Positions 37,552-51,542 of a stretch of 64,000 bases of DNA are shown piece after piece. A program made the position numbers and the translations under genes. Origin of the DNA: Epiperipatus broadwayi (taxonomy: Eukaryota > Animalia > Onychophora). Position 1 is the first letter of the stretch. Every line of letters starts with the position of its first letter. The notes under the pieces were generated by a model, which saw nothing but the letters and a program-made list of their open reading frames with translations, was not told the origin of the DNA and did not search any database. Location of the stretch: the NCBI GenBank assembly GCA_028023455.1, contig JAQFVV010000006.1, forward strand, positions 8,556,001 through 8,620,000. The letters are read 5' to 3'.

Positions 37552-37647
37552 ATAAAGCTATTTTTCACCCATTTTCTTGATTGATAAAGCTATTTTTCAC
37601 CCATTTTCTTGATTGATAAAGCTATTTTTCACCCATTTTCGTGATTG
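37552..37647. repeat. 32-bp tandem repeat, 3 copies
   Basis: ataaagctatttttcacccattttcttgattg at 37552, 37584, 37616. Confidence 0.95.
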
Positions 37648-39049
37648 ATGACTGACGGAAAATCTTTAAAAGCAATTTTTTTTTTCTTAAAACAAAGAAG
37701 CAAATAAAGAATTGAATATGATCAGTCTCATAAGGAATATCTCAACAATGCAATGCTTGATCCAGAATATTAATTGAAAATCTTGAAGTCAAATACTAAA
37801 GTGTATATTATTAAATTTAATAAATAGCGCAGCATAAGATTGTGCTGTTGCTTGGAAACATTTTACACATAAACCTACTAGAGGCAAATTTAAGATCTCT
37901 ACCAGTAGTCTGGCTTCAGTTTTTAAGCAATATCACCCTCTGGCATTGGAAAAGATTCTTAGAGAATATCAAAAATGGGGGGGGGGGGGATCCAATCAAG
38001 CACATCACAGAAAAGTCTGTTTACTCACCAGCTTGTTACAAATTTCAAAATCTTTTGCAAGATGATGGAAAAATCTGGACAACTTAATTGTTTGAAGGAA
38101 AAAAAAAATAGCACTAATTTTTGTTGCATAAACTATTTTGCAACAGATGAAGTATATTGCAATTACCTGTTGAGTAACTGAAGTGTCCCCTTTGTGCATG
38201 AAAATATGCTGAAAAGTTAATCTATCATGCATGTGAATTTATCTAATCATTTATATTGCAGTAAAATATATAATGATTCCATTGAATTAATTTTTTTAAT
38301 TATTTTTCTTCTAATCAAAAAAAAAATGTATGTAACAGAAAATTATAAAATTACAATCTTTTTTTTTTTTTGATACTTTTTTGTAGTGCTTCGGGTAACT
38401 GTTGACTACAAGTAATTGAACTATCTCTGAATAATTGTATTCTTACACTGGACTATAAATTGCTTTTAGATATTTTATAAATCATATTTGATGTCCATCA
38501 TAGTAAAATCTCCTTTAGGATTGTCTTTGATAGTTTAGCTCTTTGTAAAACTTTATTTCTAGTGGTTTAGTCATCTTTTATCTAAATGCATGCTGTATCT
38601 TCATTTTCCTTTCTGAGCAAGCAGAATAAATATGAGAAGAACTCCGTAGTAATAGAAGAAAAAAAACTATTTGGGTTGGGCATTTTATATTAAGCTTGTT
38701 TACGATCTCAGAATAAATTGTCACAGCAATTTGAATTTAAAAAATAATCAAAATCATAATACCAAATATTGTATTATGATTACAAAAATTCATTAAAGCT
38801 CATCCTTAGTCAATAATAGCATTTTTATTCATTTCAAATAACTTATTGGATCGATTTTTCAAAACTAATGGCTAAGGAATATTAAATAACATCAAAAACT
38901 ATCGTTGATTATAAAAGTCTTGACTGTTTCAAACTTCTTACAGATGTTACAAATCCACCACTTGCTTTATCTTGCCGTAATATTTTATATAAATGCAATT
39001 TATCCACCTTACTTTGAACACTTTTATACAAAAGATATTTTTATTGTGT

Positions 39050-39116
39050 ATATGTGCACACAATCTTAACGTTTCGACTCCTGCAGTCTTCTTCAGAGCC
39101 GCTTGTATGTACATAT
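39050..39116 (-). ncRNA. Minimal type I hammerhead ribozyme motif, canonical core
   Basis: AUAUGUACAUACAA-GCGG-CU-CUGAAGA-A-GACU-GCAGG-AGUC-GAAAC-GUUA-AG-A-UUGUGUGCACAUAU; distal stem I 13/14 paired. Confidence 0.72.
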
Positions 39117-41996
39117 GTACAATAAAAAATGTTTTGCTAAAAAGTGTTCTAAGTAGATAAATTGCTTTGTACAGACCTGTTAGCGATATAATTAACAATG
39201 TATAGAGTTTTTTTTATATATCCATCATATCTTGGCAGTTAATTTTGGTTTTTAACATGTCATTTGTGTTTCATATTCAAATTTTCCAAAACTTAATCCC
39301 TTTTTTATATAATACAATTAATAAAATTAAATAAAAGGGCTAGATCTCTGATAAACGTTTATATAATTACATAATGATATATAATTAGAATAATGCATTC
39401 TTTCATTACTTGCGAATTTGTAAGCCCTAATTAATCTTTTTGTTAGTGATTATTCTTGTTTAGTTTTATTAAAAAATTTTGTATTGTAATTGTTTCTTTT
39501 ACTTTACATTCTTTAAAATATTGTTTTCTATGTTATGCTCCATTTAAAAAAAATACGTAACAAAATTGTAAATCGGCCAGCTATTTTTATCAATAAAATA
39601 TATAAAACTATATAAATTAGTATATGTCTTAAGCTCTGTTTATATTAACAAAAAGTAAAATATTGTAAACAATATTTTTTAAAAAAAAGCCACTTCTGCA
39701 ATAATTGTTAGGACGTTTAATGATTTTATTACAGAAATGGAAAAAATTAAGAAAGTATGGAATGAAAATCGAATTGTACTATTTTTTAAAACCAAATCCT
39801 TATCCAGAACAAGGTTTTGGGTTTATTTTGCGGAAAAAAAATAATGGGAGAGGGTGGTGTTTATGCTGTGTGTGCGTATGTTTTTTATTATGGAGAGACG
39901 ACCAATGATAACATTCTTTCTGGTTTGGTTTCTCATTAATTTTGTCATAAATATTGGTAAAGAAATTAATTAACAAAAATAATTAATGAAGCCTAACTTA
40001 ATAAAATGCATTAAAGTAATTTTTGCGCCATCCTATATATTAATTTGTTTTGTTGCTATATATATTCTTGAATGAAAAATGACCCTATTTCATTTCTCTG
40101 CTAATTTCGTTAAATGTTGTGAGGGAGAGGGGGGATCCTGTATTTTTTCTGCTATTATTGTGAAGTGATCCTGTACATATTTTTGTCTTAGCATTCAAAT
40201 CATTTTGTGTTAAGCAATATTTATCTTGTCCACATTTATTTTACTTGTGAAGTAATTAATTCATTTGAAGTGCTTATCCTTTTAACAAATTATTAAAAGT
40301 CTTAATTCTGAGTTTATTTCAAAAAAGTATTATCAATTTATTCAAATTTTGAAGCATGAGTCAAGAGAGTATTGGAATAGTAACATTTCAAATTATTTTT
40401 CCCCATTGTTGGGTATTCTATATCTTTTTTTTAAATTCAAAGCAAATTTGTTGGATTTTTATGATATGATAATACGATTTTTGTTCTATTTTAAAATTTT
40501 AATTTCACATTACTAAAAATTAATTCTTAAATAGCGATCATTAATATTTCCTCACTTTGTACTCTGATGCCATTTCTCGTGAGCTTAGATTGTCTGAGGG
40601 TTATCGGCTGGTAGTGCAGTTTGATCTTTGTCTTCAGATTTATTTTGCCTATGGAATGAGGGCTTAAGGTTAACACCAGGATCAATGCCTTAATGCATCT
40701 GGAAACAGCTTTTAATTCTTTATCAAGTTTTTAGCTTGAAATTTAAAAAAATTCCAATTTTGAATCCAAGCCAATCTGCTTATAGTTATATAGATAATGG
40801 TATTAGGTCAGTAACTTATGTTAATATTAGCACATCATTTGTGGCATTCATAAAGTTTACAGTATTAACAAGCTTTTTTTTTTTCTGTATTCTAATATCT
40901 ATTGTAAATCCAAGATGGCAGTGGTTATACGAAAGAAGTAGCAATCGATCTAATGAAGAGAATCAAATCGCACTATTAATTGGTCTAATGATATCTCAAA
41001 TTCATAATAAATTGCATTAAAATACAGCCAAGTATTGTGCTCTCATTAATACTTTAATATACTGGAATTATTGTTTCAATTGATAGGTTTATGTTTTTAA
41101 AAGCAGAGTAATTTATGCCCGTAAGTTTATCTAAAACTTAATCTAGATGAATCAAACTTCTATTTTGTTTTCTGGGTCTTGTTTTTAATTGATATAAATA
41201 TTTTTGAAAAATTGAGATTAATGTATTTTTAACCATTCATGAACATAGGAAAATCTTGATGATACATAATAAAGTCCTACAGCTACCAAATAACATCATA
41301 ATTTTAGTAAATCCAACCTTGGAATCATTTACAATTGTTATGGTAACTGAATTTATTATCTCATTCACTTGAGGAAATCTGTAATAACTGTCCTAGAAGC
41401 TTTGTATTTTAATTATTTAGGCGTTAGATGGAAATGTTAACTGTCCATATTTTGAAAATGTTTTAAATAATCTTTTTTGATATATATGATGTAACAATAT
41501 GTATATATACACATTGCGCAAGTGTGTGGATATATACAAGTTACATAATTTACTTGTTTGTTTGTTTGTTTTTTATTAAAAAAAAGATATATAAATTTAA
41601 AATAATCATAATTCAATAGTTTAAAAAAAAAATAGAGGGAAAATTTAGAGATAAGTTAGGAATTAGTAATAAAAAATAAATAAAAATAACTCTTTCACCT
41701 TATATTTTTTATTAAAAGTGGTCAAAATACTTTTAAAAATTAGTAATAATTATAATTTGTCTTTCTTTTATATTTTTATTTTATGATCTGTCAAAAATAC
41801 TCTTTAAAAAAAAGGGTTTTTAATTAAAAAAAATAAAAAGTTTCTTATGATTAATTAAAATAGTTTGTACAAAACTAATCAGGCTCTGGAGATTAAAATT
41901 CCAGACTGATTAGTTAAACAATATATCTAATTCTAATCTCTGTAATTAAAATTAATAAAGAAATGTAAATTGTAATTAAATTTTTTAGAGATAAAA

Positions 41997-42798
41997 TGTA
42001 TTGATAACATGGTTGAAACTCGAACAAAAGTGGAGTCAGAGTAATATAAGACACACATTATTGTATTCAATTAGGTTAAGTTTGAGTTAAGTTCAGAGAG
42101 TTCAGTTCAAGTTTGGCTAGAACCAAATGTTGTGTTCTGTCATTTCCTCTGCTCTTCTCCTGTGTGCCATTAGCAAAATGCCGTAATAAATTATTCTAAC
42201 TTACCTTCTGCCAAAGTTTCAACTGGCCCTACTAAATTTAGTGAAACAGACATGCCATTAGAACAAGATACCAAGAAGCTTTCTTCATGTTACCAATATC
42301 TGGACCAAGAAACTTAACTGGATCCAAGGACAACATGGTGATCACCCACCTACAAAGAATAACCAAGAACTATACATATCCGTATACAAAATCCAAGAAC
42401 TGTGCATACCTACCATGGTAACCAAAGACTATTTGAAACGCCTACGGAAATTGAAGACAATGTTTAAACCACAAATAAGCTCAAAAAGATGTGCTATAAA
42501 TCCTAGGTAAATATTGTTTTATGTCAGTATTAATACTCTTATATTTCTTACAAAATAGAATTCGTAAATAAGCATGCAAAATTTGTTAAGTGTATACTAT
42601 CCAATGTGTTTATATTTTATTATTTCTTATTATATTACATTTAATGTTTATCTTTTAATAAATATGTTTTAATTATTAATGCCGTTTTTCCGTCTCCATT
42701 CGTTTAAGCAAATGTGTAGCGAGTCTCGTGAAACGTGTGACATTTCATGGGTTCCAATCTAAGTATTGGATGACGCCCTGGATTTAAAACCCGTTACA
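41997..42798 (+). mobile_element. Possible solo LTR
   Basis: Non-AT-rich block starting TGT and ending GTTACA with internal AATAAA; no TSD found. Confidence 0.3.
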
Positions 42799-43198
42799 AA
42801 TTTCCCCATGGTATGTTTCGCGTTTCATTCAGCCAGAGAGTCACTTCGGTCTGGAAATGTGACCATCGATTTAATATTTTATTAAATCTCTGTCTGACCG
42901 GAGTATGATGGTATGTAAGTATTGATCATATTTACTCTCCTGCTTGAGTAAGGGGTCTTCAAAAAGTTTTTTTGCAATATAATATGATTTTGTAAAAAAG
43001 AATAAAATAATAGAAATTTAAGAAAGTTTAAAATATATATAGTGTGAATGTTAATTCTTTGCTTTTATTGTAAAGATAATGGAGTTGTTTTTTTATTATG
43101 TAAATTTTTATTTTAGTTATGATTTTGTAAAAGAAAATCAATAAAATGTTTAATATATATATCAGATTGCTTTAATTTTAGTGTTTTTTTTTTTTTAG

Positions 43199-43283
43199 AA
43201 ATGGAGCAAGGTTCTTGGGAAAATGGATTATCTTATGAATGTAGAACTTTACTTTTCAAAGCTCTACATAATCTTATTGAAAA
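43199..43283 (+). CDS. MED13: MED13 coding exon 3 ([28 protein letters not shown])
   Basis: Acceptor poly-T tag|AA completes the phase-1 codon G+AA; [20 protein letters not shown] is conserved in MED13; donor AA|gtaagt, phase 2. Confidence 0.97.
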
Positions 43284-44197
43284 GTAAGTTTGTTTTTTTG
43301 TTTTCTATACTTAGTAATTAATATAAAATGATTATCAGTTGTAATTTTGCCTAAAATATTACTTAGTCTCTATTCAATAATGAAATAATGACATTTCTAT
43401 CCTCGAAGTAGATAAATTTTTAGAATAGGTATTTAAATTTGTTTTTAGAAGAATGGGTATTTTAATTAGTCTCTTATTCATATGCTATAATCCATCACCA
43501 ATTAAAATTTTTATATAGAAATCATATTTTTAACTTTTTAATGTTTGACTAATGTAGGCAGATATAATAATGTAAATATGAGTATTTTTTATTTCAAATT
43601 GTTGGTTATGCGTATTCTGTATATTGTCACCAATAAAATAAATTTATGCACAATGCAAAAAAGTATTTATATAAATAACAAAGCTATAGATAATAAAATT
43701 GCTTATATTTTCCGCAGAGTTTGAGTTTATAATGAGAAAAAGGTTTATTTTTCAAATTCGCAAAATTCATGAATCCAGAAAAGCTCGGGAATTTGGTATT
43801 TTGGTGTAATGTTAGTCTTTCGCTATTAAATGATATATATATAGGGTGTTTATGACTGGGCCTTAATTAAAGCATTTTGAAATTTTTTGGTGATTCAGAT
43901 GTGGCTAAAATAAATGCACATACGCTTCCAAATACAGTTAGAAATTTTCCACTAATTTTGAGTTGCCCTATTTTGGTTTTATTTTTGTAATGAAATATAT
44001 ATATATTTTAAAAAAAAACCCATCAATGTTCACTTTATCACTTAGATATGTACATTTTTTTATATTGATGATTATAAATTTGGAACCTGCCTGACGATCT
44101 TAAGACTTTGAACAGATTGCTGCGTAATCAGAATTATTATGTGAGGACTTTTTTGCTTATTTGTGATGGCAGACATTACGAAGATTGTGCATGTATC

Positions 44198-44307
44198 TTT
44201 TTTTTTTTGCTTATCACCTTTCAGTAACGTTTGTGTATTTAATGTGTGGTCCACAACAACTTCTTTTTCCAATATGGCCCAGAGATGACAAAGATTGGAC
44301 ACACCTG
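44198..44307 (-). mobile_element. hAT-Charlie non-autonomous element end, MER30-like
   Basis: Minus strand CAGGTGTGTCCAATCTTTGTCATCTCTGGGCCATATTGGAAAAAGAAGTTGTTGTGGACCACACATTAAATACAC...TGATAAGCAAAAAAAA; Charlie-type TIR certain, MER30 match from memory. Confidence 0.65.
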
Positions 44308-47300
44308 ATATACAATTATCCATAGAGTGTCAAATTACATAAAACATTGCAAAAAAAGTGCTAATTGTAAAGATCTTCATAAGAATTAAAAGAAACTTAA
44401 GTTATAATTGGTATATTCTAAGAAAGAAAGGCATGATTTTTTATAACTTTTACTCCAATATGTTAATTGAAAGTGGTTTGTAGTGTAGTGATTGGCTTAT
44501 CCATATGGTGTGACTGATGTTAGATTGAAGTCTTGAGTGTCTTGAATTGTAAAATTTTTTCAGATCGTAAACAAGCTTATAACTTCTCTTTTTCAGATAG
44601 ATTGTACAAAATAACTTGATTAGTCATTCAGTAGTAGTCAGAAAGTACATATCTTAACTAGAAATTATAGTTCGGAGGTTTGATCTGATTGGTGATATGA
44701 ATATGAACATGCTGACTAAAAATAAAAAGTACGATAGATGATATATTATGGCCTTCACTGTCGATAGGAAATGTCATACTCCCTGGGAGCAGAGTCTAAG
44801 ATTGCCTTTATTATTTAATTTTATATGTAAACTAGCTATTTACTCTTCAAAGAAACCAACTACCCATCAGATGTGATGAAATCTATATTCCTATGTATTT
44901 CTAAGCTTATTTTACACGATAGTTTTAGGTAGCTTTTTCCAGTAAAAAGTTTTCATTTTATTACTTTGATAAATTTGATAAAAACAATTCCTAAGAATCT
45001 AATATACAAAATACTTTTTGCAATAAATGTGGTTAATAATGTATGTTTATTTATATATTTTTTTATCTTAACTATTATAAATTTATATATGATAAATAAA
45101 TATGAAGATAAACAACAACCTCCTAATCTTAGTTAGTATTAACTTTATCACAAATGTTTGGCAGATTTGTGCTATTTATATATTAAGTAATTTATATTTG
45201 GTAAAAATTAATTACAGATTTGTATTTTATATATTAAGAGGTTATATTTTACTGTATAAAAATTAATTATATATAGTTATAAAATATATACAAATCAATA
45301 ATTGTTGATAAATTTATTACGAATAGAATTATTACCTTTGATAGTAATAAGACTTCAAATAAATAAAAAGCAAAGTGTTGGTTTGCAATTAAAAAGAAAA
45401 ACCTGCACAATTTTATTTTATCAATTAATAATGCGACTTAATTTATACTTATGCTAAAATTAATGACTTGTATAGCTAGGAAAGCATTAATCTGTATTAG
45501 CCAAACAAAATTTTAAGGATGTTTTTTTTTTTTTAAATCTTGTACACATATTTAGTAATAAAGTAAAAAAATATTCAGTAAATATATATAAATTAATGTG
45601 CCTAATTGCAGTCTGTTGCCTGGTGGGTTTTTTTTGGTTTTTTCATCTTAGCCAAGTTTGGATTTATAACAAGGGTATAGAAAAAAATGGGTTTTGAAAT
45701 CTGAAAAATTCACACATCCAAAAAAGTTCTGGGATGAGGGATTTCATCTGATTAATGATCTTTTATAGTTATGTTTTTAAAATATTTAAGAAATGATAAT
45801 AACGAAATGTAAAATATAGATTTATATCTGAGTTATTAAAATTTTATCTGAAATACAGTGTTCATTTGTTGTGACTACCTTTAAAAAATTAACAGGTAAA
45901 TTTTGGCTGTTTCATGAAACTTCTTGTTCTGATGGCAGTTTTCATGGTCATTATATTAAATATTTGTGTACACAGATATAATTTTTTTTTTTGTAATTGT
46001 ATTATATGTCATCTTCTAAACTTAATAGAAAATATGTTTACAGTTTTAATATGAAATTAGAAATTAACAAAACAAACATGGTGTATGACCTCACATTGAC
46101 AATCTATGGCAGTATCTGAAGACAACATTAGGATATTCATAAGAAACAATGTTCAGTTAAAAATAAATACTTCATTTATTTATTGCAAAAAATTAAAAGA
46201 AAGCATAATCCAATTAAAAACTTTGTTTCTTAAACAAAATAAAATTCTCGTTACAACTGTGATGTAGGCTTCATTTTGTTCCAGACACCCCCCCCCCCGG
46301 ACATACATGATACATTGCATATAATGCTCACATTTTGTTGGAAAACTTAGGCTAAAATACATAATGTGTATTTAATTCCAAGTATACAGTACTTTACATC
46401 AGATGCTTTTTACATATATAGTAAAATTAGAATAAATTGATGGAATGCAAGTTAATGTGGTTCATTCAGTGAAAAAAATAAGAATAAGAAAAAAAACTTA
46501 TTGTGTCATATTTTTATTTTTAAAATAAAGTAAATAGCAAAGTATCTGACTTTTATCACAATCAAATATTCTTTGGGCAATTTTTTTTTTTAATACTTTT
46601 TTTATGATTTTAGAAACATTAAGAAATTATGATCTCTAATGGTTTTGACGCGTGTTCTAAAAATTTGTATTAGAACATATTTTATGTATAATACTACTGC
46701 ACATCAAGTAAGGAAAGAATAATAAAGTAAAAATAGAACATATTTGCTTTCAACATAATAAACATGATCGGGTACAGTGTTCTGAGGGTGAAAAACTGCT
46801 ATTAACACAGTATAAAATTTACATACAACTTTTAATTTTTAAATATGATCACTCGCAGCACTCAGAAATGTAAAATGACTGCTCAGATCATAAAATGTAT
46901 TATGATTTTTTAGTTTATTTACATTTTTTTTTTTTTTTTTGATAGCAGATAATTAAAATCATAGATAGTTTGTGGCTTTGCTGTACTTAAGTTGATTATA
47001 TTTCATTACAAATTCTGTGGCTGGAGATGAAAACTCAAAAAAAAAATAATAAGGATTTTGTGTTTAAAGCATTAAGAGAATGCACTTTTATTTCAGTGAT
47101 ATTTTTAGTCTTTTAAAAAATGTGAAAAATCTTTATTACAATTTATTTGGAAATTAATGGAAAAATCATCATGTTTGTGTTGCTTTTTTTTTTTTTTTTG
47201 AATCGGTATGAAAGAAATTCCCTTGTATTTTAAAAAAAAAAACTCAACATAGACGGAATTTAATTTTTTTTTAAAAAATCCATCACACTACATGTGACAT

Positions 47301-48498
47301 GAAGGCTATTGTTGACTTTAATTTCATGTTTTTTAGATTTTTATTTTCTTAATTAATGCAAGCTGGGAATTGTTTCGATAAGTCTAGATTTGTATAAGTG
47401 TAGCGCTCTTACTTATGAAGTTAGCTTTTCGAATCTTTACTAAATGTATTCAAATGCTCTACTCAATGAAAAGATTTTAGAATGAAAATCTTCAACACTT
47501 TATAAAAGTGGTGTGTGAAAATATTGCTATAATTAATAAAAAAATGTTTAGAGTGAAGTGTTTTGCAAAAAATGGTGACCTATTGGCACCAAATCCGAGG
47601 TTTTTTTGCATCATTGCTTTTAAATACTGTAACATTACTGATTTGGTAAAAAAATTTAAAAATGTTTATTATGATGTATGCAATGATTTCTTGAACAATT
47701 TTTAAATGAGTAATGATTTATTTTAATCCCTGGAGAATAATTGCAGAAGGATTATGAGATTATTCATTTTTAAAAATGTATATTCATACTTTTTAATTTT
47801 ATTTAACTTTAATCCTCCCTCCCCCCTTTTCCCACAATAAATTTTAATTTTGAAGTAAAAGAAGTTTTTAGGTATATCAATCTGTGTGACTTGAGTTAAA
47901 TTAAATTTTATTCTATTCAAGAAATACTAGTTACTATATATATAAAAGAGAAATAGAAAAAGAAATATAGAAAATAAATAAATTGGCTTAGGTAAAGGGA
48001 AGAATGTTAATTAAATTGGTTTCAGAGACTATATTGCATGTTGAAGAAAAGTAAACTAGGAAACATCGTGAAGGATATTAAAAAAGTACATATAACTGTA
48101 GAGGAATCTATAAAGCATAATGGAAAAGAGCTCAGTAACATGATCAATGAATCATTGATGACTAATATACAGTTAAATTGAAATCCTTCAGAGTTTAGTA
48201 AAATTAAGATGGGAGGGAAACATCTTTGGCAATAAATTAATTATAAAGAATGTTAATCCTCAATGATTATTTGATTTTCTTTTTGTGTAATTATTTTAAA
48301 TATTCTTCTGTAAATCAAGTGTAAATAAAAATTAAAAAAAAAAAAACAGATTACCCTTTTAATATATACTTAAAAAAGAAAAATCTTAATTAAAATGTTT
48401 TATTAATTAACAATACACCAAATTCTATTTGATTAAAATTAACTTATAGTAATTAGATTTTTATTAAAATAGATAATAATATTGAATATTGACATTAC

Positions 48499-48704
48499 GC
48501 CAATAAACATCACATGACTACCTCCTCTTATGCCTGTGTATAACTGTTGTTAAAACAGGCAAAAACTCACTATATATATTGCCACACACAACAAGCTAGA
48601 GTAATCAATGGATGCCAGAAGGCTTATGCATAAAATCCCCATCTAGTGCCTACTCATCCAATATCGCCAGACTAGTTTCTGGCTTATGGCCTTCATCAGT
48701 GTTG
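48499..48704 (-). mobile_element. PLE pLTR fragment with hammerhead
   Basis: 13-bp flanking direct repeat ATATTGACATTAC (48486-48498, 48705-48717); body shared with 11692-11872 and 56158-56250. Confidence 0.75.
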
Positions 48705-48710
48705 ATATTG
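48659..48710 (-). ncRNA. Minimal type I hammerhead ribozyme motif, canonical core, GUC site
   Basis: CAAUAUC-AA-CA-CUGAUGA-A-GGC-CAUAA-GCC-A-GAAAC-UA-GUC-UG-GC-GAUAUUG; palindromic stem III ACUAGU. Confidence 0.75.
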
Positions 48711-49967
48711 ACATTACTAAAGTTTAAATTTTTATAGATAAATTTACAAGTGTATAAGGAATTAACATTCATTATATTTGTTTTTTATCCCTATTTATAA
48801 ACATTTATGGCTATTTTTTATATAAATCTTCTATGTTTCTTGTTTCATCTTTATTATATACCTATAATCTATCAACGTATTTATGAAATTCATCTCCATA
48901 TTTGTTTCTACATTTTTCATCTTACATTTTTATTCAGGCTTATATTTTAAAAGACCTGCATTCTTTTTTACCTACTGATCCTCATATCTCTTTGTAAACA
49001 TTTTAAACCTTTGTCATTATATCTATTATTTGTAACACTATTCTGGTTATTGGTAGTGCAAAGTATTTAAAAATTGATAGAATGTTGAAGAACTTTAGAG
49101 AGGAAGAAATCACTTTCAGGAGATAATAATTCAAATTGCAAAAAAATATTGATTTTCACAAACTGTTTATCACATCCATTTTATAATTCATGAAGTTAAA
49201 AAAAAGATCAATAGTTTGATTGATTTATAATTAAATTAACAATTTCAGCTGAAAAAGAAAAAAAAAAAAATTTTTAACTTTGAATAATTATTACTATTGC
49301 TGAAAATAATAACTATAAAAATCAACTATCCTTCTAAATAATGCCAGATTAACATCATAGATCAAATTGCAATAGCTTTCAACATTAGTAATATAAAAAC
49401 TTCTGTTGAAAGCCTGTTGGTATTACCAAAGAGTCACCAAATTTAATTTTTACTGAATTACTTTGATATATTGTATAATTTTGATTGTACTTTCAGTTTG
49501 CATAATGCAAATATGATACATATTTTCCCAGGAAGTAAATATTCTAAAGAAAATTGCGAAGCTGAGAAAATAATCACATCATAAAAAAAATAAATAACTT
49601 TTTAAAAAAATTATTATTATTAGATTCTACATTTTATTAAGTACTAAGTTCTAAATTGAAGGTTTTAATAGAAGATTCGTTATTGTTCGCCATAAAATTC
49701 TGATTAAAAATATGTATCGTAAAATTGATTTCTATAAAACTCCCCCCCCACCCTCTGTACAGTACATCCAGAATGTCATATAAACAGATAATTGGCTTTG
49801 TCGAACATTGTCTCTTTCCCAATAGAGAAAATAAAATAAATATTAGACTGCAGTAATTTATATTTCCTATTATTTATCAAAAAAATTTTTAATAACTTCT
49901 GTTCTATCACAACGTAAGTTATTGGATGCATTATTGAACTTATACACAAATGACTTTCGCCCCGTCT

Positions 49968-51542
49968 TAACTGCTTAGTCCCAAGGCGCCATATTGGATT
50001 TTTTAAAAACTGATCTGAGACACAATTTTCATAATAACTTCAGTTTTAATAATGTTAGAGCAAAAAAATTTACATTGACAGAAACTCGAAAAACTAAGGA
50101 AAACAATAAGTCTAAGACAAATAGCGATAATCATTTAAAAAATAAGGGAAAAAAGAAATTTCACTATTTGAAATAATTATTACTTTATTGTTTGTTCATA
50201 ATTTCTAATTCATTATGTTTAAATTATATCTTCAGTGATAATTTCTTTGTATTCCTAACAAATTATCTTTCAAACCATATATGATATGTCTTACCTGAGA
50301 TAATCGATAGCTTCAGAATCTCCAAAAGTATTCGCATGAGAATTCTTCATTTTTATTTTGTACACCAAAAGTCAAAGGCATCTATAAGAAAAAGATTCAT
50401 CCTAATAAAAGATACAAAACAAATCATTTCCAGAATATAGATATGAATTTGTCATTATAACAATTAGCTTCTTGTCTATCTAAAACTAAAAATTGTAGGT
50501 TACTGTCTGTATCACTGATAAAATGAATTTTATCTCTTCATTTTATATTTTTTTTGTGTACATCAGTGATGTTTATATTCTTTATACACACCAGTGATGC
50601 TATCTTGTTATATTTATTTTATCACATAGATATAATTTATTTGTATATAGTCCATTTGTTAGCTATAGACTTGAAAATAATGTGATGAAACATATAGCAA
50701 AACTAGAGTGATTCCATAGCATGAGTATCAAGGCATAGGCAAGAATCAGAATTTGATTATTTGCCTGCATATGCAATCTTTCTGTACATTTAATTATTAG
50801 TTTTGTAAATCATTACTTGTAAACACAAACACGCCATATAATCATAATAATAAATTATTAAACCTTTTGAAAATCATTATTTTTATAAAATAAATGGGTT
50901 AGAACACATAAAATTACTCTACATATAAATTCATACGAGCATAAATAAATATAGAATATATATACACACATGCACGAATACAAACTCAATAAATCATTTT
51001 TCAAATAATAAGTTATTAAACCTTTTGAGAATCATTATTTTTATAAAATAAGTGGATTAGAACACAAAATTACTTTACATATAAATTCATGTGAGCATAA
51101 ATAAATATAAATTTATATAGACACACACAACTACAAACGCAAATTAAATCATTTTTTCAAATAATTAAAAAAATAAAATTGTATACTTACTGAGTCTGAT
51201 ATTCTTTAATTATGTTTAGACTCCATGGAAGACCTTGTTTGTGAATCTGTGTATTTTTAATCCAATAAAAGCATATTTTTAGGCCGATAAAAGTTTTCTG
51301 TCTTTATCGCTTCATTGGACAGTACAAAATTGATAAAAAAAAAAAAAATTAATAAAAAATCCAATTTTCATCGGATTTTTTTTTTTTAAGACAGCGTTAG
51401 AAAGCTATGTAAAAGATATATAAAATGCCCATATTTCTGTTGACATCATGCTTATAGTTTTTAAGTCATTAAAAAAAGAAAACATTTCGACCGATCAAAT
51501 AAAGACGCGCAGAACACCCGCCTGAAGAGCCAAAGCAGTTGC
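49968..51542. mobile_element. Probable non-autonomous DNA transposon; its left ~280 bp recurs at 60810-61088
   Basis: 49980-50250 aligns with 60812-61088; imperfect terminal inverted match AACTGCTT..AGGCG / CGCCT..AAGCAGTT. Confidence 0.5.
50852..51165. repeat. ~157-bp diverged tandem duplication
   Basis: ttattaaaccttttga.aatcattatttttataaaataa...aaatcattttt.caaataat twice. Confidence 0.85.

Noticed and set aside
30553-37647. CRISPR-like arrays (52-bp and 32-bp repeats)
   Set aside because: Head-to-tail repeats without spacers in eukaryotic DNA; simple minisatellites
44465-44490. AAG TGG TTT GTA (KWFV) as MED13 exon 4
   Set aside because: In-frame stops on both sides and no acceptor
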